DNA of 5,505 nucleotides from NCBI GenBank assembly GCA_964648855.1, contig CAZYLT010000035.1:3628-9132 (forward strand), given 5' to 3'. The stretch's first letter is position 1. Each line of letters begins with the position of its first letter. A program made the position numbers and the translations under genes. The notes under the pieces were generated by a model. The model did not search any database. It saw only the letters and a list, made by a program, of their open reading frames with translations, and was not told where the DNA came from. This document shows, one piece after another, positions 5,451 through 5,505 of this stretch. Origin of the DNA: an uncultured archaeon. GTDB lineage: Archaea; Asgardarchaeota; Thorarchaeia; Thorarchaeales; Thorarchaeaceae.

Positions 5451-5505
5451 ATAGGGCTGTACTGCTGACTGTATTACAATTTTCTTCCATCTATCTGTTT
5501 GTCAG

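Noticed and set aside
5392-5503. 8-bp repeat TGTTTGTC at 5392-5399 and 5496-5503, and a possible upstream gene end (DKQIDGRKL*) at 5474-5503
   Set aside because: Too short to distinguish from chance, and truncated by the window edge.

Overview
Archaeal-looking chromosomal window rich in regulators. The BRE/TATA-like promoters, a Phr/HSR1-type regulator and a TIGR00341 protein point to an archaeon; standalone receivers beside a 40-aa-repeat TPR protein suggest an Asgard lineage such as Thorarchaeia, which is inference only. The + strand carries a canonical single-domain response regulator, a degenerate (atypical) receiver and a 528-aa TPR protein ending in an evenly spaced Cx10Cx10Cx10C motif. 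The - strand carries a DUF389/TIGR00341 membrane protein, a small ribbon-helix-helix-like hypothetical protein and an ArsR/Phr-like winged-helix regulator. That regulator has a long 5' region with a TATA box, direct repeats, a tiny uORF and two tandem 31-bp inverted repeats. No histidine kinase, mobile element, CRISPR array, tRNA or rRNA is visible. The best candidates for something new are the REC + atypical REC + TPR-Cys4 module and the structured leader of the Phr-like gene; both remain hypotheses.
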